Of a stretch of 64,000 nucleotides of DNA, positions 11,277 through 23,505 are shown piece by piece. The notes beneath the pieces are model-generated. The model was not told the origin of the DNA. It worked only from the letters and a program-made list of their open reading frames with translations, and did not search any database. The stretch's first letter is position 1, and each line of letters opens with the position of its first letter. The stretch comes from Selaginella moellendorffii (lineage: Eukaryota; Plantae; Lycopodiophyta), in contig NW_003314340.1 of NCBI RefSeq assembly GCF_000143415.4, forward strand, positions 62,001 to 126,000. Direction: 5' to 3'. The position numbers were made by a program, and so were the translations under genes.

Positions 11277-12634
11277 TCATTTGGTTTCACAAGACAAGTA
11301 TGCGCTCCACGCGTCTTCGAGGAGACGTCTCAACCTCTCCAGTGTCCCTGTTGGTAAAGTTATGGTGACTTCAATCCCCTGGGGTGATCTTGGATGAGGA
11401 TTGAACATGCAAAGTCCATCCAATCCAAGCCTCTCCAATCCAACATGCCGCACGGCTTCTGGTCTCCCCCATCCCAAATCAATCTCGTAGTACCGGAACC
11501 GCGGCGAGCTCGAGCACAACATGTTACAATTCTTGCCAAGCTTGTCCGCTGCAATGCCCTTGGAGCTAAGCTTCTTCGTGATCCCCTCCATGCCAAAGCT
11601 CGTCGAAACTGCATCCTCCAGCAAGCTTGCAGCATGGCGGAGGCCACCTTTCCGGAGCTCACCAGCAGTCGTCGTTGACACCGCGTGGAGCACTGCATTC
11701 CCAAAGAACTCGTCCGGCAGCTGAGGAGCTAGCCTTTTCCTGCAGTTGGCAGCCATGGAATTGGTGGTGCTCGTGGAATCGGGCAGATCCCTCGCTGCAC
11801 ACATGTTGATCCAGATGTGAGCACTTAGCACTTTGAAACTCGATAACCCGGCGCCAGCCATCTCCTTGATCTTGTCAATGTAGTCTCTCTCGAAGCAGAA
11901 GATTCGACCGCTCATCGCTATGTTACCGGACTTTGGAAGATCATGGCCGCTTGCAACCGGCGAGAAATCACTTGCTCTCGGGTAGTCCAGCTGCTGGGGC
12001 CCGAGATCTCGATCAATGCGAGGAACTTGGCTAATCTCACCTTTGAGACAACTCTCTGCCCAAGATACTAGGAAATGCACCCGGCCAGTTCCATCAGCTA
12101 ATGCATGGTCCGCAGCCCAAAGCCACCGAAATGCCTCCGCACGAGAACCTTGTCACCTAGATGAAATCCAGGGGATGAAATCCTCAAGAAACGCTGGTCA
12201 CTGGTTACCTGGATGCTTAGCAGCGGGCTTCCGAGTGGTGCCGCAGAGCTTCCATACTTGCCACTTCGAATCAGAGCCGAGAAGTCGGGCGATGGCTGAG
12301 AGTAGTCGAGCTTGTCAAGCGGAAAGTCGGCTCTTGCCACTGTCCACTCGACACCAGCGGCATTGCAGTCGATTCCATACGAGTTGCCATCGCTGGAGAG
12401 CGCCAGGCGCCCAGCTGCAGGGTAGAAGTGGAGCAGAACTTTAGAGAGTGAGAGCCTCGCTTGGTGGATCAAGCTCAGGTTCTGCGCGTCCGAGCGAGAG
12501 CCTGGATAGAACGCAACACCTTGCATATAGGGATGGAAGATGTATTTCATATCAAACTGGGAGAGAGGAAGGAAGCAGCTTGGAGTTGGGGATAGCGGCT
12601 CAAGCATGAGGCGCTCAATCTCCTCGACCTTCAT
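11277..12634 (-). pseudogene. BAHD acyltransferase, 2 exons, with a +1 frameshift just before the HXXXD motif (pseudogene or sequencing error)
   Basis: LSKVLLHFYPAAGRL, conserved IQ|VT intron, HALAD motif, FFGNAV and DLGWG. Exon 2 in frame hits TGA unless one T of GCTTTGG (~12119-12121) is removed. Confidence 0.85.
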
Positions 12635-12774
12635 GATCTTTGTGGAGTGTAGAGCCCTTTCAAGAAATCGCGTTATATTGTTCTCTTCAAACGATTAGAT
12701 TTTAATAACTAGACAAGATTTTCTTAGCTGCGAGGAAGATCTCCGCTGGAAAATGGAAACGGAAGCACGCTCGC

Positions 12775-13570
<796 letters not shown>

Positions 13571-13710
13571 CGCCGATCCTCCAGCGCTCCCGCCCGCCCG
13601 CCCGCCGGCAAGATCCCTAAACCCTAGGTTCGCTCTAAGCCCTACGATCAGCCCTAAATCAAACGGCCCAAATTTGGAGAACGATCGTTATAAAATTCCT
13701 TGATCAGGTT

Positions 13711-14772
13711 ATGGTTAAGAAAAGAGCGATGTGTGAGGAGGTGTTTAGGCTGTTCCTCAGGGATATCTTAGAGATGGTTCCAGTAGAGGTTTTGACTGGT
13801 AGTGTGAGATTGGTTTGTCAAAGTTGGGCAGCGTGCTCACGCGAGATTCTAAAAAACTTATGCTTTTTGCAACTCCGGACATGGAAGTTCGTAACTAGTA
13901 TCAGGCTTGATCTTGTTCTAAGACAGAGCAGAGACGGGGAATTGTCATGGAAGGAGATGCCATTGACATTTTTGATGGATTTTGTGCGCAGGCAAACTCT
14001 CCCGCGGGGTTATCATCCTCTTTACCCTAGAGGCTCCATGGCCTACGATCATGACAGCAACCTTGCCTTCTTCTTGTTTTCTAGTTCGAATCGCTTCGCT
14101 AGTATATGGACAGTATTTGTGTGTGATTTTTTCTCCAAACGAGTGAAGGCACTGCCCAGTTTTGAATCTTACAATAAGTATTTCCTTGAAATGGCCATAG
14201 CGAGTGACAAGAATGCAAAACGATACAAGCTTATTGTGCCTATGGTCGATGGTGGAAAATGGGACTCTGTGTGGATGTTTGACTCGAGTGCAAATGCATG
14301 GAAGGAAATCGACGGCTCGGCAGAGTACTGTATGGTCAGTGCAATTTCTCACGGAGGTGAATGGTATGAGTTGAAGGCTTTTCGATCAGAGGGCACTCAT
14401 GAGAAGCTATTAGGATCACAGTTGCTAAAGCTTAGCCGCGGGGAGTGTACAATTGGAGAAATCAAGCTGGACTGGCTGTCATCCGTAAAGCTTGAGAAGT
14501 GGCAGGATGGTTTCTTAGTTGCTCAGTATAATCCTGGTCTTGCAGTTCTCAGGCTTTGGGAAGTGGTGGGGAGCAAGGTTAAGGAGATTGCATGCTTGAC
14601 TGGAATTGATCATCCAGATGAGTGGGGCATCAAGGCTTGGAATGACAAGGTTTATATAGCGTTACTGAGGCAATTAGAGTGGTATAAACTTATGGAATGG
14701 AGTCATGGAGTATGGAAGGAACTCTTGGCTACAAAAGGATGCAGTAAACTTGTCCATGTCCAGCTTGTTTAA
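13711..14772 (+). CDS. Intronless F-box-like protein with beta-propeller-like C-terminus
   Basis: N-terminal LRDILEMVPVEVLTGSVRLVCQSW has the F-box pattern; VFVCDFFSKRVKALP and MFDSSANAW resemble F-box-associated repeats. Confidence 0.75.
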   Translation: MVKKRAMCEEVFRLFLRDILEMVPVEVLTGSVRLVCQSWAACSREILKNLCFLQLRTWKFVTSIRLDLVLRQSRDGELSWKEMPLTFLMDFVRRQTLPRGYHPLYPRGSMAYDHDSNLAFFLFSSSNRFASIWTVFVCDFFSKRVKALPSFESYNKYFLEMAIASDKNAKRYKLIVPMVDGGKWDSVWMFDSSANAWKEIDGSAEYCMVSAISHGGEWYELKAFRSEGTHEKLLGSQLLKLSRGECTIGEIKLDWLSSVKLEKWQDGFLVAQYNPGLAVLRLWEVVGSKVKEIACLTGIDHPDEWGIKAWNDKVYIALLRQLEWYKLMEWSHGVWKELLATKGCSKLVHVQLV

Positions 14773-15116
14773 TCCTGTTAACACTTCTCATTGATCAATC
14801 AAGATGGTTTATCTACGATGCAGTACTTCCAGAGATGCGCCAGGTGGTGTTTAGGCTGCTCCTTGCTTACAGCACATGGATCTTTAGTTAGTATTAAAAA
14901 TTTACTTTGTATATCAACCTCCTCGGTACTGAAGCAATCAGACTGAAGCATAACATTTCTTCTTGGCTCCAGAAATCTGCTTGTTCTTCCTGCCAAAACA
15001 CTCATTGGTGAGAACGAGCGCACATACTCGACAGCCAGTTTTGGCCAGCTTTGCCGCTGCCATTGCAATGGCATTGCCTCAACATCCCGCGCTCTGTAAC
15101 CGATCCAAGAGAAATG

Positions 15117-16300
15117 CATAATACAGCACCCCCCTCTCTTATGTGGCTGCCTATTTGCCATGTTCACTCGCCTCCTCTGTAGTCACACCTAGCTCTGCAC
15201 CCTAAATGTTTAACGACTAACGTTAAATTTTAATTAGTAGATGTTGTTAACTAATATGTTAATGACTATAATTTTATAATTAGCCAGTGAATGAACTTAT
15301 AAGTATATAACCTATTATTGGTTTAGGTTTTTCTATATTTTCTTTTTTATTTTATTCATTCTCTTTAGTGACCACAAGATCTCTTAAAACTAATACATGG
15401 TTTGCAAATAGTAATCTTACATTTACTCAAATGCTTAGAGTAATGTATTGTTGGTGCATTAAAATGCCATAAAATCAAACTTATATTTAGTGTAGTATTA
15501 AAAGTGAGCACACAACAACAAATTGGTATAACTTTTGTTGTGATATCTATATTATCACATTATAACAAGGTAGTCAAAAGATTGGTGGTCCAGGAAGAAT
15601 TGTGGAAATTGATGAAAGTAAGTTTGGTAAGCAGAAATATAATCATGGTAGAAGAGTAGAAGGTCAATAAATTTTTGGAGAAATTAAACATGATTTAGAT
15701 CAAATATTTATGGTTCTGATGGCTGATCATACTGCACAAACTTTAACTAATATATTATATACATATGTTAAACCAGGTAAGCTCTATTTCTATTATTATT
15801 CTTAACTAGTAATTATAATTAATTTTTTAGAAACAATTATATATAGTTATTTTTGGGCTGGTTATGATTCAAAATGGTTGAATCAATTGAACTTTATTCA
15901 TTATACAGTCAACCAATCCCAGAATTTTATTGATCCCATAACTAGAATTCATACAAATTGTATTGAATCAACATGGAATGCAGTGAAAAGATCCTTTCCT
16001 CACTAATATAAGAAAAGGATTATACAACTTTTACTTTCAAGAATATATTTAGCAAAAAATATATATTGAAAGAAAGGAAGTTGCATTTAATATTCTATGC
16101 AGTCATATTAAGCTATACAATCAAGATAATGCTGTTAAGTAGAATAAATAGTATAATTGATTTTTTTACTTTTAAATACTTAAAAATAATTTAAAACAAT
16201 ATATTAGAACAATGGCATGCCCGTGTAAGCTATGAGGTGGCATGCAAATCCAAATAAGCAAATGGGGCCCACCCTAAATAAAGGGGGTGCTATTCTACCC
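15117..16300 (+). mobile_element. Decayed Merlin / ISXO2-like (IS1595 family) DNA transposon
   Basis: Hand translation of 15390-16005: TWFANSNL.., KIGGPGRIVEIDESKFGKQKYNHGRRVEGQ*IFG...VKP|intron|TIIYSYFWAGY...HYTVNQSQNFIDPITRIHTNCIESTW. Imperfect inverted ends share an AGCACCCCC..ATTTGC core; the segment is AT-rich. Confidence 0.85.
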
Positions 16301-16429
16301 ACTGATTTCTCCATCGCATTGCCCTCGAGATCCCTCCCTTCCCTACTCCAGCTGCTGTCGATCCATTCCCTAGCATCAGCGCCCCAATGCAATGGCGCGG
16401 GCAGTGTGGAGAAGAAAGCCTGCTAGAAC

Positions 16430-18335
16430 ATGAAGATTCCCACCAAGAATTAAAGAATTCTTGTTTTAAACATGTATCAAAACGGAATTTCTCAAAAATC
16501 ATTTTAAAAAGGTGTGCGTGCAGTGCTGGTAGTAGGGTGCACGCGAAAGAAGCTCGTGCTATTTGCAACTCCGGGCGAGTTCTACATGTAAGTTCCCAAC
16601 TAATCTCAAGCTTGATGTTCTACGACAGAGCAAAAACGGGGAATTATCATGGATGGAGATACCATTGAACTTCTTGATGGATCTTGAGGTACAAAGTGGC
16701 CTCTTGAGAGTAACCTTGCCTTCTTGTTTGGGAGTTCGAATATATAGACAGTATTTGTGTGTGATCCTTTCTCCAGGAAAGTGAAGGCACTGCCCTGAAA
16801 ACTAGCAGAAAATATAGTGAGTGGCAATGATGCAAGACGATACAAGCTTGTTGTGCCTATGATTGCATCACCCAATTCTGTGTCAATTAACTACATTAAC
16901 TCCATTTATCAATTAAATTTGATTCCTACTTTAATTTAACTTACAGGTAGGAGCTCCTTCGCCTTCTCATTCTCCTGGAATGCCTGGTGGATTAGAATGT
17001 GGGCAAAGTGGTGGTATAGTTCTGTTCACAGGTCTACGAAATTCTCACCATTCCCACTCCACCGTCCGGTTGGAGACAAGATAGTTCTGCAATATGATGC
17101 AAAGGTAGAAGCCTTTTTCTAGCCTGAATTTAGATTCTCGTCCTATAAGGTTTCTGTGTTTGATTCTATCGTGAAGACGGTGTCTAGGAAGGGCTCTGCA
17201 TTTAAAATGGAAAGGTTTTCAAGCTAGGAGAGCATGTAGACAGTTGGAGAAGTTTTCTTTTCGAGTTTGACATGCAGTTTGATTCAGCCAATGTGGCATC
17301 TACAACTGTGACTTTGTAAGAAACCTTGTATCAAGGTTCGGACTACTAACGACTTTACAGGTGAAACAAGCCTTACTTTAGACGTTGATCCTAAATGGGA
17401 TGTTTGACAATGCTCCACACTGACAAGAGGAATGAAGGTTTGTTTCCTTACCTTTGAAATATTAGAAGGTTGTAATGCAGTGCTTTGTATAGATTACATC
17501 TTGAATGAGTCTTGCAACTTGTATGGCTTCACGCCTCTGAGGTATGAATTTTCTCAACATACAAATACTTGAATGACAAAAGATCTTCACCTTTGCTAGT
17601 AACTCTGCTGCACAATTATGGTCACAAATATATTTTTAAGTCACTATAAATTTGTTTTCATATTGTATGGTCAATAGCTCAACTGAGTACTTTGCAAACA
17701 GTGCAATTTCTAGTGGAGGTGAATGGTGGGTTAGGGGAGCAATTAAAATCCCACTTGCTAAAGCTTTGTTGCAGGGAGTGTACAGTTGGAGTAATCAAGG
17801 TGGACTAGTCTCAATGGTGTCATGGAAGTTGGACTTTTTGATAGATTTTGTGTCCAGGCAAAGAGTTAAGGGCTAACTATAGAGGTTCCATGGCCTACGA
17901 CCAGTTTTAAATCTTGGAGAGAATATCCCCAAGCTTGTGCTTTTAGGGTGTTTGAAGCAAAATACAGGCGGATTGTATAATTGGAGAAATCAAGCTTAGC
18001 TCACCGCCATCCTGAGAATTATTCATGCTTGGCAGGATGGTTTCTTAGTTGCTAGTCCTGCAGTCCTCAGGGAAGTGGTGGAGAGCAATGAATGAGATTT
18101 AGAATCAAAATCCAGATGTTTGGGGATGAACTTCAGTGGGGATGAACTCCCACCATCTTACCATCAGCTCAAATGGAGGAGCTGCAACTAGAGAGTGTAG
18201 GGAGTTTTAAGTTCATAGTTGTACCCCTTGGTCCTGAAGCCAATAAAGTGGTATAAACTGTCTAGCAGCAGCTCTTGCTTGGAGAAGATACGGGAAAATA
18301 CACTGATCTTGTCCGCGTTCAGCTTGTCTAATCCT
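16430..18335 (+). pseudogene. Second broken F-box paralog, interrupted by ~0.8 kb of unrelated sequence (~16880-17690)
   Basis: FPTNLKLDVLRQSKNGELSWMEIPLNFLMD and SAISSGGEW, plus nucleotide blocks matching 13711-14772, up to cttgtccgcgttcagcttgtctaa. Confidence 0.78.
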
Positions 18336-18367
18336 GTAGCCTCACAACCATTGACATTTTTCATGGA

Positions 18368-20008
18368 TCAAACAAGATGGTTTGTATATGATGAAGTTGA
18401 CGACAAGTTTGTGAGCATCACGTACTTCTCCCTACATTCCCCATGCACTCTGTGCGACACCCGCCACCCTCTTTGCAAATCCCCATGCAGCTGGCAAGCG
18501 CCCAACAGGCTCAGCTGCGCGGTCAGGAAAGGTGGCAAACTCTCGAGCAGCTCCTCAGCTCGATCCAGCTGACCCGCCCTGGACAAAACATCAACCATGC
18601 ACCCAAAATGCACAGCCTCGGGGCAAATCCCGTGATCTCCTCTCATAGAAGCGAAGAACTCCCATCCCTGATCCACCATTCCATAGTAGCTACAGGCCGA
18701 GAGGATGTTTACAAAGGTGACGCTGTTTGGGGCGAGGCCCTCGAGCGCCATGCCGCCGTACAGCTCCAGCGCCTCCGCGGACCGCCCGTGCTGGGCGTAC
18801 GACGCGATCATGGCCGTCCACGCCACGACGCTTCCCGTACAGTGGCGGTCGAACACCGCCCGCGCCTCGCCCAGGCTGCCCCGCTTGCCGTACATGTCCA
18901 GCAGCGCCGTGGCCACGAACCCGTTGGTCATGAGGCCCATCGCGTCTGTACGGTCGTGGATCTGCCGGCCCAGCTGGAGCGTCCCCGCCATGGCGCACGC
19001 GTCCAGCAGCGTCACAAACGTGAACTCGTCCGACGCCACGCCCTCGTGGTCCATCCTGACGTGGACGTCCAGTGCCACGCTGGAATGCCCGTTCTGGGCA
19101 TATGCCGCGAGCATCGAGTTCCAGGACGTGAGCGAGCGGCGGAGGATGGATCTAAACACCGCTTCCGCCTCCGCCACCTCGCTGCTCCTCCCATACATCG
19201 TGACCAGCGAATTCGCCAGGAAAACGTTGGATCCCAGCCCACCGGCGATGATCCTTTCGTGGATTTGCTTTCCCAGCGCCAGGGATCCGGGGCAATCGCA
19301 GCACGCCACCAGCGCCGCCACGAAAGTGATCTCGTTGCTCGCGATCCCCTCGAGATCCATGCGACGGAAGAGGAGGATGGCCTCGCCGCCATGCCCGGAT
19401 CCCGCCAGCGCCGCCACCATGGAGCTCATGGACACCACGTCGCGGGAGTTCGTCTTGGAGAAGACCTCGCGCGCCTCGGCGATGCTGCCGCAGCTCGAGT
19501 ACATGTTGATGAGCGCGGTGGCGACGACGAGATTGGATTCGTGGCCGCCGCTGCGCAGCCGCGCGTGGATCTCTCGCCCCTGCCGGAGATCTCTCTTGCC
19601 CGAGAGCGCGCCCAGGATGCTGCTAAAGGTCATCTCGTCCGGGGCGACGCCCTCGCAGTCCATCTCGCGGAGGAGGCGCAGGGCCAGGACGCCATCGCCG
19701 TTTTGGACGCTGGCCACGATCATGATCGTCCACGAGTAGACGTTGCGATCCTGGATGGTGAGGAAGACGGCGGTGGCGGAGTCGAGATCGCCGCAGCGGC
19801 CATAGGCTTCGACGAGATTGTTGCAGAGGAATCGGTCGCGGTGGATGCCGCTGGAGACCATCCGGGCGTGGATTTGATCGCACTCTTCCAGGAGCTGGCA
19901 TTGCTTGAGCAAAGAGACGCATCTCCTCACGCCCTCCGCGGCATTGGGATTGCTCGCCGGGAGAAGAGTGGCGCCACTCGGCTGTGGCGGGAAGAGTGTT
20001 GTGCTCAT
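18368..20008 (-). CDS. PLS-class PPR protein with truncated E domain (546 aa, intronless)
   Basis: Repeated P/L/S motifs (LVEAYGRCG, VYSWTIMI, PDEMTF), HFGCMVDVLSRAG, LLGACQLHG. Confidence 0.92.
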   Translation of the reverse strand: MSTTLFPPQPSGATLLPASNPNAAEGVRRCVSLLKQCQLLEECDQIHARMVSSGIHRDRFLCNNLVEAYGRCGDLDSATAVFLTIQDRNVYSWTIMIVASVQNGDGVLALRLLREMDCEGVAPDEMTFSSILGALSGKRDLRQGREIHARLRSGGHESNLVVATALINMYSSCGSIAEAREVFSKTNSRDVVSMSSMVAALAGSGHGGEAILLFRRMDLEGIASNEITFVAALVACCDCPGSLALGKQIHERIIAGGLGSNVFLANSLVTMYGRSSEVAEAEAVFRSILRRSLTSWNSMLAAYAQNGHSSVALDVHVRMDHEGVASDEFTFVTLLDACAMAGTLQLGRQIHDRTDAMGLMTNGFVATALLDMYGKRGSLGEARAVFDRHCTGSVVAWTAMIASYAQHGRSAEALELYGGMALEGLAPNSVTFVNILSACSYYGMVDQGWEFFASMRGDHGICPEAVHFGCMVDVLSRAGQLDRAEELLESLPPFLTAQLSLLGACQLHGDLQRGWRVSHRVHGECREKYVMLTNLSSTSSYTNHLV

Positions 20009-20330
20009 GAACCCTAAAACTTTTTAAAAAACAGACTTTTCTTTTCCACACCAAAATCATATCATTTTGCAATCTTAGAAATTTTTTCCTTTTCATATGA
20101 TTATCTTGTATGATGGAGAAAGAAGATGCAATCATGGTTCCTCGGCTTATAGAATTCTTTGTTCAGTGAGTTCTTCTGTGCCATCTTATCGAATGAAAGG
20201 TTAAGAACACCTTCAAGATGTTCAAGATGGCACCCATTTTGCTCAAAATCCTTTAGGTAGAGAGGATTACCCTTTGGCCAACTTTTTTTTTCCATATGAA
20301 AGAATGGTCGGGGAATAATCTGGATGGAAA

Positions 20331-21281
20331 TCATGGGGGGACATTGGAGATGAAACTTTGGGCAAGTTTCTTGCCGAGCTCAACCTGCGAAGCAGTAGTG
20401 AGATGAACTCCATCTTCCTGCAGAGCCAAGCCGTGTGCATCCACGTAAAACACATTCGCAATGTGGATTTGTTGCTGGGCCTGACGAACCAGCTGAAGAA
20501 GACGGGGGTGAGGATGATTGTGAGCAGTGATTCCAACCTGTTTTCCCAAGCCTTAGATCTTTCCCAAACAACAAAATCAAGAGAGCCACTCACCTGGATG
20601 AATGGCAACTGATCCCAGCCTAGATCAGACCTTACGTTGCCAATGAAAGCCTCGAGAGCTCTCTTGTAATTCCTCGCGAGGTGCTCCGAGAGCGTGTCAG
20701 TCTCGCCTTGGTACCACAAGAGCGCTCTCAAAACGCCACCTTTGCGAATGGCTTCCTTCGCCCTCTTGATCATCCGCTCGTATAGAAAGCTCCCTTTCGT
20801 CCATTCCGTGATGGAAGTGGCGCCCTTGGCGCAAGGCACGAGGCCCAGGAATCTACTTCTCTGCTGGTTGATCAATGCGGCTCCAAACGTCAAGCCAGGC
20901 CCAATCCCACAAACTTTGCCTGGATCGAAGGGAAAGCTTTGAGAGACAATCGCGAGCTCTAGGATCTAGAACGATATCGCTTAGCATCAAGAACTTACCA
21001 GTATCAATGTCTCTGTGCAATGGCTCCGCGGCATCCTCCCATTCCAGATCCACATTGAGCCTCTTGATTGTGCCATTTGGTGCCCAGCTCTCCTGTGGAA
21101 CAAATCCATCCCATTCCCTGCGCTGCCCTACGGCATGGACGCCGCCCCTCCCGGCCATGTTGCTCTGCCCGGAGAGGATTACCACATCCAAGCTCTCTCC
21201 CTCGCCATCGCTCCCAGGTTGCAAATCCATTCCAACCATGAAACTCAAAAGAACCCCCAATGCATACTTTGAGGGCCACAT
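20331..21281 (-). CDS. SGNH carbohydrate esterase (SASA/DUF303 family), 3 exons
   Basis: Signal peptide, ILSGQSNMAGRG, EPLHRDID, LLWYQGETD, DGVHL. Confidence 0.9.
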
Positions 21282-21363
21282 GATCTAATCGAATATTTCA
21301 CCCTTTGCAGCGAATAATACTTTGATACTTAATTCAAATTCTTTGTTTAGGGCTGTGGAGAAA

Positions 21364-22458
21364 ATGGCGACAGTCTTGGAGCGCCCCGCTTCGATCCCGC
21401 CGCGACTGAAGCGATCAGCTGGAGTGAATCCCAGATCGGCGAGGCTGGCGATGGCTTCTTCATCCGGAAAAGGTAAATCTCCCGCTGGATTTACCGGTTC
21501 TTGCTTCAAGCAGCCGCAATGGCTACTCCCCAGCGGCGGCGACGAGGGCGAGCTCTTTCGTTTTGTGGAAGTCACGCCAGAGGAGAAGATCCTAAGAAGC
21601 AGCGCCTACAAGGTAAAGCTCGTCACTAGCACGAGTCCCAGTTCTAGTTTTTCCGAGCCTGGAGGACGGATTTGGCTGGCTTTGATAGGCCAGAGTGGAG
21701 AAACCGCGCTGCGATGCGTGGATTCGGGGACACGGTTCCAAAAGGGGGATGTTGATGTGGTGGAGTTCCTGGGACCGGACTTGGGAAAGCTTGAAGCCAT
21801 ATGGATTGGACCAGAGAGAGGTACTTCGCAGAAAAAATCGCTTTTTTCTTACTACAAATCCAAGTTTTGAGCTGAAACTTCTATAGGTGCCTGGAGGCTT
21901 GAAGAAGCTGTAGTGACCGTAGCTCCTGGAAACGAAGCCGCGAGCTCCAGAGGCGTGAATTACATTTTTAGAGGCGATGGCGAGCTGCTTGGCGATGGTG
22001 GTGATGTTTTGGCCGTAGAACTCAAGCCACAGGTGATTGATTCGGATCCAGCAAGTTCTCCACGACCAAACGATGATGCCAACACGATGAAACAGTATGA
22101 GTCCTTAAAGCGTTCTCTCTTGGTGTCACACGCGACTCTGGTTGCTCTTGGAGCTGGAGTTCTAGCACTGTCGAGCTCCAGGGACGTCGCACTAGCCTTT
22201 TCACTGGGTGGAGCTCTTGGGTTTCTTTACTTGCTTTCGCTGGAAGGGGTGGTGGATCGGATTGGCAAAGGCGAGACTACATTCAGGAAACCTTCCGTGC
22301 TGCTTTTGCTCGTAGCTGTGATATTCTTTGCGGCTGTGATCAAAGGCTCTGTCATACTCCAGGACAGGGAACTTAGCCCCGGGTTGCTAATGGGAGGAGT
22401 GGCTGGGTTTTTTATGTATAAAGTTGCAGTCTTCATGGCTGCCACCAAGAAAGATTAA
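21364..22458 (+). CDS. Probable plastid protein with PLAT/LH2-like domain and C-terminal multi-TM region
   Basis: Transit-peptide-like start, YKVKLVTS..RFQKGDVDVVEFLGPDLGKLEAIWIGPERG|AWRLEE, then YESLKRSLL and about 4 hydrophobic helices. Confidence 0.75.
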
Positions 22459-23505
22459 AATCAAAAGCTCTTTGAAGGTCACATGAGACTTAAAAGATGA
22501 ATTATTATAAGAAGCTACTCGATGGAGCAATAGCGTGGACAAAGAAGAAGCTTTCACACACAAAGAGATCGCGAACAAAAGAGCGTGATACTCGCTTAGC
22601 TTATCTCGCTCATGGATCCCACACGGAAGATCACCAAGATCGAGTGTTTCTTGCACTGAGGATCCGGGAATTTGGAGTGGCCTGGGATTCAACTAGCAAT
22701 TCAAAAGACAGCCTTTTCCTTCGTTCCCAGGCCCCGCCTCCACAACGCTGTCCCCCCGGACCACCAACACAAACAATGGCGATAGAATATCCGGGTGGCG
22801 GACGACATCACACACAAACCCTAAATTAAAAGCCTGCATGGCTCTGGCGAGATAACAACAGGAACGTGAGACCAAGCGCAACCACCAGATGCCAAACCCA
22901 AATCCCAAAGCCACGTCATTGTTATCTCCAAGGAAAAGCGATCCCATGCCTCGACCGCGACGCCCACGCCGCGTCAGCCCTAGAAACAGGGGCAAGGGCC
23001 CTAATTTTGCCCTAAAAGCTGGCTTTCGAAAAGATAACGGCTAGGATATCCTATCCATCCATTCCCAGCCAAATCATGGCCGTCTTACACACTCGACAGT
23101 GTGCGCGCTTTAAAAGCTACACAAACAAGGCGCAGACAAGATCTATCGGGCCTGTAAACGGCTGCTGGCTCGCAGGCCAATGCACGGGCGGCACGTGGCC
23201 CCCGGGGGGTGCACACGCGGCAATGTCATAACGTTCAAAATATCCCGCCAGCTAGGACTCCACGTGCCGCAGACGTGGCTTGGTAGGGCTTTCCGTTTTT
23301 ATTTACGTTGGGTTAAAAAAGGGGTGTTGTTACTTCGTGTGTGTTTGTCCGAGGCTCTCGCTCTTTCTCTCGCGTGCGCGTGTTCTTCGCTAGGGTTCTT
23401 CCAGATCGTCGCGAGGCGCTTGTGCTAGAGGAGGATCCAATCGCTGGAGTGTGCCGTGCTTTCGCCGATTCCTGGGAGGCGCTGATTGATCTACATTTTG
23501 GGGGA

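Noticed and set aside
18443-20017. Long antisense ORFs (524 aa, 344 aa) opposite the PPR gene; likewise 23313-24275 and 30130-30927
   Set aside because: Shadow ORFs caused by GC-rich codon usage of the real gene on the other strand.
22616-22627. TCCCACACGG resembles an snRNA upstream sequence element
   Set aside because: No TATA box at the required spacing and no recognisable snRNA downstream.
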